Source of the DNA: Oikopleura dioica
Taxonomy: Eukaryota; Animalia; Chordata
Assembly: GCA_907165135.1 (NCBI GenBank)
Contig: OU015568.1
Location: 1,426,001-1,490,000, forward strand
Direction: 5' to 3'
DNA: 64,000 nt
Every line of letters begins with the position of its first letter. Within the stretch, counting starts at the first letter, position 1. Both the position numbers and the translations under genes were made by a program. The notes under the pieces are model-generated. The model was not told the DNA's origin, did not search any database, and saw only the letters and a program-made list of their open reading frames with translations. This document shows positions 57,958 to 64,000 of the stretch, one piece after another.

Positions 57958-60540
57958 CTAACAAGTATTTTCATTAATCGAAAGTTCATGGACAACACGA
58001 ATAAAAATATTCACATCTTCGAATAAAAATAAATCAATATCAGCATAACAATGCTTCTGAAAATTTTGAAGTGGAATAAAGTATTCTTGATTATGTGACA
58101 AAATGATTTTTGACGTCGCGGTTGAAATTTGAGAATCTTTTAAATGATATTGATGGTTTTCAATTTTTTCAAGAACCATTTGATGATAAAAAACTGTTCC
58201 ATTTTTTAAAGGCTCCGGTGACAGTGAGTGGCCTCCAAAAGGTGTAATTTTCATGAAGTATAACTGTAAAAATAATGTGAGGAGAAACAAGACACAAGAA
58301 ATAATCTTTTGAATAGTCAAAAATTGTATAAGAAAGCTGATTCATTATAATCGTATCTTCACCAATAAAATTCGGGTAAACCTCCCGAATTATTCGGGAT
58401 ATGCCCGAACCATTTGGGATTCTCCGAATGATTCGGGAGTGTACCGAACTTTCATTTAATAGAAGGGTCGAATTTTCGCACGATTAAATGTGATCAAAGG
58501 CCTTCGGTAGATAATGAAATCATTCGAATTAACAGAAATTCAAATTCCTATGATTTATAGAGTCAACGAGCTTGAATGCGCTTCGCGCCTGTCTTGTAGA
58601 AAATTGTAAAAAAAAATATTCTTGGCTCGTGAGCATCGATTGACTTCCAAACAGATCACTACTTAGTTGTTCTATACTTTTTATTTTACTTTACGGACAA
58701 CGATGATCGAAAAAAATCCGAATCGTTCGGAGACAAAAACCCCCATATTCTCTTCCAATCATTCGGGAAATTCCGAATCATTAGGGATGCCGAACTGTTC
58801 GAAGTTTCAACCCTTTCTATCCAGAAAAATAAAAAGAAAGAAATTTTATAAAAAATTTTTCGAGTTATGTTTGTCAAGAAGTCAAGAAACCGACCCTCCC
58901 CTCTTTAATATCAGAAATTCAAATAACAAGGTGAATAATCTGTCTTGTTTGTAATATGGACGATGATTTGTGCGCAAATTTATTGATTAAAGAATTCTCA
59001 GTTATCATCTTCTATAAATAAGGATTGACTTTTATCCCGGAATTCGATAAACGCCACAAAAATTTGATTGTGTGGGTCTTTCTTCAACTTTACCAAGATA
59101 TTTGTCAGCGTCGATTTCGAGCTCATTAGCTAAAATAAACAATGAATAATGAAAATGCTGACCTGAGATTTTCTGCCTTTGAAAATCAATTTTCAAGAAA
59201 GTTCAAGATAACAATTTTAAATCATAGAATTTAATAAATAACTTAACAAGTTTTGGTCAAGATGAAATTGAAAACAAATCTGCAGCTATAAATCACTTGA
59301 AAATCACTCTACACGCTTGAATACTCATCAAAAAGAACGTAAAAGACTATGTAGGAAAATAATTTTATTTTCTTTTATTTTTTTTGTCAAATTTTGTCGC
59401 AGGGCTAACGTCCTAAAAATGCATGCAAAAAGATAGGAAGAAATAATTTCAATTTGTAACAAAATTTATCCAAAAGAATATGTGGCTTAACCAAGATTTC
59501 CCCTCCGTTCGAGCAATTAAACATCAAATAATTCCATCAGAAAATCATTCAAAAAGTGACTCAAAGTTTGCCCAAAATGGCTGTTTTCGTCATCAGATAG
59601 AAGAAGATTCTTCAAGCGTCATCTGTGACGCCATCGTCTTATATTTTGAGTCACGGTTGCATCTAGACCAGTAAAAATTAACGGGCTTTCTTGTGAGCTC
59701 AAAAAGGGAGAAGTCATTTTTTTCTGCAGAAAGTTTTTTTATCCCATCTAGAAAATATATATCTACCTTCTTTCCGAAGACGCACAGAAGTTCTTTCGAG
59801 GACATTCCATGGTTGACATGACCGGATAACATCCTCCATTTCTAGCCATGCGAGTTCTGACTCAAGACTTAAAACTGTCAGAAAAAAATTCGCGTAAGAA
59901 AACAAACCATATTCCTTCTTCTTTTTCTCTTATCTTTTCTTCTTTAACCCTTTTGACTTCTTTCTCCAATTTAAGGCATTGTTCGTGTCTTTTAAGATTC
60001 ATAATGATCCGCTTGCGCCGCGAAACTTGTGAAAGATAATTCTAAGAAAAAATGATGGTACTTACACCGAACACGCAATTTTATGAATTCATAAATGAAA
60101 AGAAAAAGGCAACTGACAATGAAATAAATAATTAGTCCCAACATCCAGCTTTCAAGGACCTTATCAATTTGTTAATAAGCGTTAAGTCAATTTGATTCTT
60201 ATCGACCTCGAAAATAACTAAACAAACCAAACATGCGATGCCAGCAAGAACTCCAAAGGCGTGAGTTAATGATTTCCAGTAGTGAGCTTTTTTAATACAA
60301 TAATGATCTCCAAAGCTCCAATATGCAGTTCTTCTCTCTGTAACAATGATGCAGCCAAAATCCGCCAGAATCGAGATAAGGACCATAGACACAGGCCTTT
60401 AGAATTTTTATGAGAATCTTGTTATCTTGAAAAATCGAGCATACCAGAAAAACATGTCAAGAAAGCCAATTAAGCATAAAACATAAAGACATTTTCCGAT
60501 CCCTCGAAATGTTTTTCCATCAACGAAATGTTCCTTAACA
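57958..60540 (-). CDS. One or more hypothetical membrane-protein genes, exon structure unresolved
   Basis: Minus-strand ORF pieces 57958-58320, 59593-59905, 60132-60392 and about 60440-60533 with hydrophobic segments and splice-like ends. Confidence 0.3.
58370..58802. repeat. Degenerate MITE-like region with TTCGGGA/TCCCGAA hairpin clusters at both ends
   Basis: Clusters at 58370-58450 and 58715-58802; termini and TSD not definable. Confidence 0.35.
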
Positions 60541-62188
60541 TGCGTGACTTCTGCCGGTAATCAAAGGAAAAGTCACAAAACAATATTTTCTCCGACTCAT
60601 TACCCCTTCCAAAAAAGAAAAAGTTTGGGACCTGGCACCGATTTCTTACCGGCACCATCCGGTTTCCGATAAATGAGAGTCCTATGCAGCTTTTGAATAG
60701 CTGCGAAAATAATGGGGGGGAGGGGTACAAAATTGTGCCGTCGTCCATCGCCCTGATAATCCCAAACCATCCGGCTCCTATCCGACCCAACCATGACCTA
60801 GGAATATATTTTGGCCATTTTAGTCATCCGCTGGAGTGGGGGCAGACGAGTTGGTCCTACCCCATTTTCGAATTCGGAGAGACCGGGCGACGCGAGCTGG
60901 CGCAGGGCGGCACAATTAAGAGTCTCCCAAAAATGCGGCAAGTTCCCAAAACACACAAATATACTGTTTTGTGACACCTCCATAGTCATCTCTGTAAGAA
61001 TGATGTCAGAAAAGATATTTCGCATTTACTTATAGGAGAGCAAGTTAATAATTTCTCAAAAACGCAAATTTATAAGGGTCAACACTGTTTGAATTCCTGC
61101 TTATCTTTTCCGGGCAACACATAAAGCGCGGCTTTTTTCGGTGGTCTGGATAGGATATTGCTTTTCAGTCTAATTTATAATTTCACTTCCGCCATAAAGA
61201 GATTATTTAAGTAATTTTTGAAATGAGTTTCTCCCCGATACTTTTACAAATCACGGTTTTTATTGGAAATTTGTGAATTCAGGATTGAAGGTCAGGATTT
61301 AAACTCATGTTTCAATCATTTTTATAGAAATGCAGTAAGTGTAGCCAGTCATCACCCTTCTAGTCATAAAAATTAATACAGCACGAGTCGAAGATAAGGG
61401 ACACCAAGAAAAGGGACTTTTTGGCGAAAAATGCCGGAAATCTGCGCCTCAAAAAAATTCAATTAAAGGGACTTTTTCGGACAAAAAAATTTCTTGAGTC
61501 AATCAAAAGCAGATAAAAAGTATTAAAAACATTGATAACAGTAAGTTTTTTGCAAAATAAAGCGATTTACCATTTAGATTATGTATTTTTTTCTTCTTAG
61601 GGAACTACAAACCCGAAAATAAAGCATTTTCAGCATATTTTGCCATGAACAAAAATCTTGAGAAATTTACGTGGTGACAAATTTTTTTCTTTAAGGGTAG
61701 AACATGAAATCAGCGCGCAGCGCCTCGCTCGCCCAGCGCCCCGCCGTGTCCTACTTTTCAGGATGCCGTAAAATCGGAACGGATAAAGCTTTTTCAAAAA
61801 GTTCTTCGGATTTCAGATCATCGAAGTCTTTACTTTTCAAAGATCAAAAATGAGCAGAATCGTCAAAGAAAAAGTCGGAGAAAATGACATGAGTTGGTTA
61901 AACTCTATCTCCTCTCGCAATTCTTATCCGATTTTTTTCAAATTTAGATAGGTCGAAAGTGCTCCGTTAGACCTAAAATTTTGTAGTCTCAGAATTAATT
62001 TTGAAGCTTCCTAATGTTCCACACGGATTCTCAAAACAAGTGCTTTCACGCCGCGCCGCTTCTTCTCTCACGCTGCGCGTCTCACGACGGTGCAGCTCTC
62101 ATTTCAAAAGCTCATATAAAATTCCATTAATTCAAATTTTCATCAGGGTTCGACCTTTCTATTCATAGAGTTAGTATCCCTCAACCCC

Positions 62189-62252
62189 AGCGCAAATTTG
62201 TGGGAGCGCTGTTCAAAAAGTGCCGAGATCGCAAAAAGCAGGGACTACCTCC
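62189..62252 (-). mobile_element. One-end remnant of the GGAGGTAGTCC (8888) MITE family
   Basis: Reverse complement of the first about 64 bp of 8888-9570, ending at the TTAA 62253-62256. Confidence 0.75.
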
Positions 62253-62256
62253 TTAA

Positions 62257-62749
62257 CCTTAGCCCGCCAAGGTACACCACAACTCGGAAATCGTTCATAT
62301 TTCTGCTCACTGCGCTGAACATTGACAATTTTTTCGAAAACTGAGGATACGCTGAGACGGTTTGATCGATTATCTATCGATGTTGTGATCTTGGACCAGT
62401 TTCTGATAGACCTTAGCGTTTCTGATATATGGTGTCGAGCTACAATTGTTGGTGCACCATATATGGTGTTTTTGGCGGGTACCCCAGCTTTTTCCCAGCG
62501 ATTTCGCCGAAAGTTAACCCTGGTCATCTTCTCTGATCCTCAATTTTTAAATTCAAGTGAGTGAGTTTTTGTATGAATCAACTCTAGAATCATCATGGGA
62601 CCACTTTAATGGATCAAAAAAATTATTTTCTAACATAGACTTTCAATAAAATCATGAGAAACAAAATATGGTGTCGGGCTACAATGGAGGATGCAATATA
62701 TGGTGTTCTTGGCGGGTACCCCAGAAAATCCACTTTTGGCGGGCTAAGG
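62257..62749 (-). mobile_element. piggyBac-like MITE, copy 2 (493 bp)
   Basis: TTAA TSD at 62253-62256 and 62750-62753; inverted, diverged copy of 5692-6217, 33 bp shorter. Confidence 0.9.
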
Positions 62750-62771
62750 TTAAGGGGTGACAATTTTAATT

Positions 62772-63636
62772 TTAAACAAAAATTCCTTTCTTTTTTGCAA
62801 TTCCTACCCTCCTCAAAGAAATCACATGGATTGGATTCAAGTCCCTTAATTCCTTTGGAATCTGAATCTCGTTCTTCTTCCAACCTTTTTCCAATTCTTC
62901 TTCTTTTCGAATGCTGTTAAGAGCAATTGTAGTGGATAACTTGATGTAATGATCACCGAGCTTGACGCTCATCAAGTAGAATTTTCCCTTGAAACTGGCG
63001 GAAGACACTTTCGCGTTAAAGTGGTTGCTAGCTATGTAGCCTTGCGCTAACTCGAACGGTGTTTGAAAAAAATGGTGACTAAGTGACAAATAGACGGCCT
63101 CAACTTTTTACAAACTCCTCCTCGAAACGATTTAAATTGTAATCTGGAGCATAGTAGAAGCATTTATTCTCTCTCGAAGTTGGACGGCTTGTTATGGTCA
63201 AATATAATTCATAATTAGATAATAATACTCCTCTCTTTCGACCTTTTTCAGATGACGATGACTGGAAATACCTTTGTGTCTTTCTCTTTGCGGCGAATTT
63301 CAATGTGATGATTTCGAATGTGAAGATCCAAAGTGAAAGACGAAAAAACCTCTTCAACTTGAGCTTTACACAGTCGATATTTTATTCTAAAGACTTACAT
63401 TGTATTCAGTTGATTCGGAATAAATGCCGATGACGTTCCAGTTTCAGTTAATCTTTGTAAGTTTCCAAGGGCATCGACCAAATAGTGCTCGCCATTAAGA
63501 TTACAATAATTTTTTTAGATATTTCACCTAGATCCGAAAATATAATCGGAAATGTTTGCTTTTTAATATCTTCCCGATTCGCCATGCATTTGCAGTTGCT
63601 TAGCCTAAACATAAAGTTGAAAATACAAGCTTTCAA
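62772..63636 (-). CDS. Possible hypothetical spliced gene
   Basis: Run of minus-strand ORFs 62772-63089, 63100-63357 and 63448-63636; no domain recognised. Confidence 0.25.
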
Positions 63637-64000
63637 TTTTTTTCGTCGTGAAAGCGCTTCGTCAGATTTTCTTCCATGTCTTTGATAAGATGATTACTAA
63701 TCATAGATGAGGTGTTACAGTGGATTGGATTCACAAAAATAAAGTCAAAAATTTGGGAAACAATTCGTTGATAAAAAAGTTACAAAGTTTAAAGCCTAAT
63801 CGATAAATAACATGAGTAGGAATCTTGAGTATACTGTATCTGTCAACACGCGGTTTATGAGTTCGGCTGCGGGCGTTTATTAACTCAAATTAGCACTGGT
63901 CCGTGTTTTTTACAGATTTATGCTTCTCCAATCTGAAAATTGAGATACGGCAAGTCAGCGTGGTCTTAGCGAGAATATAACTAGCATTAAGAAGAAATCT

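Noticed and set aside
60620-60951. Degenerate MITE with nested inverted repeats
   Set aside because: Arms are too diverged and no TSD is identifiable.

Overview
Eukaryotic, AT-rich, gene-dense DNA with many 35-90 nt introns and several GA-AG/GG-AG introns. This style points to a larvacean tunicate such as Oikopleura dioica (inference, not a database match). Recognisable spliced genes: an SLC5 Na+/solute symporter, an LDLa-domain protein, a CUB-domain type I membrane protein, a coiled-coil/C3HC4 RING protein, an SLC16/MCT transporter, RACK1, phosphomannomutase, an SLC25A34/35-like carrier, flotillin, an ShKT-kringle-trypsin protease and a RILP-like RH1/RH2 protein. Bases 2.9-25.2 kb reconstruct as one phase-compatible Gln-rich gene with a 15.6 kb first intron full of non-autonomous transposons; its third intron hides an antisense Fos/ATF3-like bZIP gene that the ORF track misses. 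Main non-coding findings: (1) a 5'-truncated Penelope-like retroelement (GIY-YIG C-terminus, 204-bp perfect inverted pLTRs, 13-bp TSD) with a minimal hammerhead ribozyme on each strand; (2) an otherwise intact tRNA-Cys(GCA) gene split in its D-arm/A-box by a 251-bp TIR element inside a GA-AG intron; (3) a 56-bp hairpin satellite carried in a TA-flanked Tc1/mariner-type element; (4) a foldback/MULE-like element and many hAT-, piggyBac-, Kolobok- and Tc1-type MITEs, some nested. No intact transposase or RT ORF and no CRISPR array were found. All gene models were assembled by eye and need RNA-seq.
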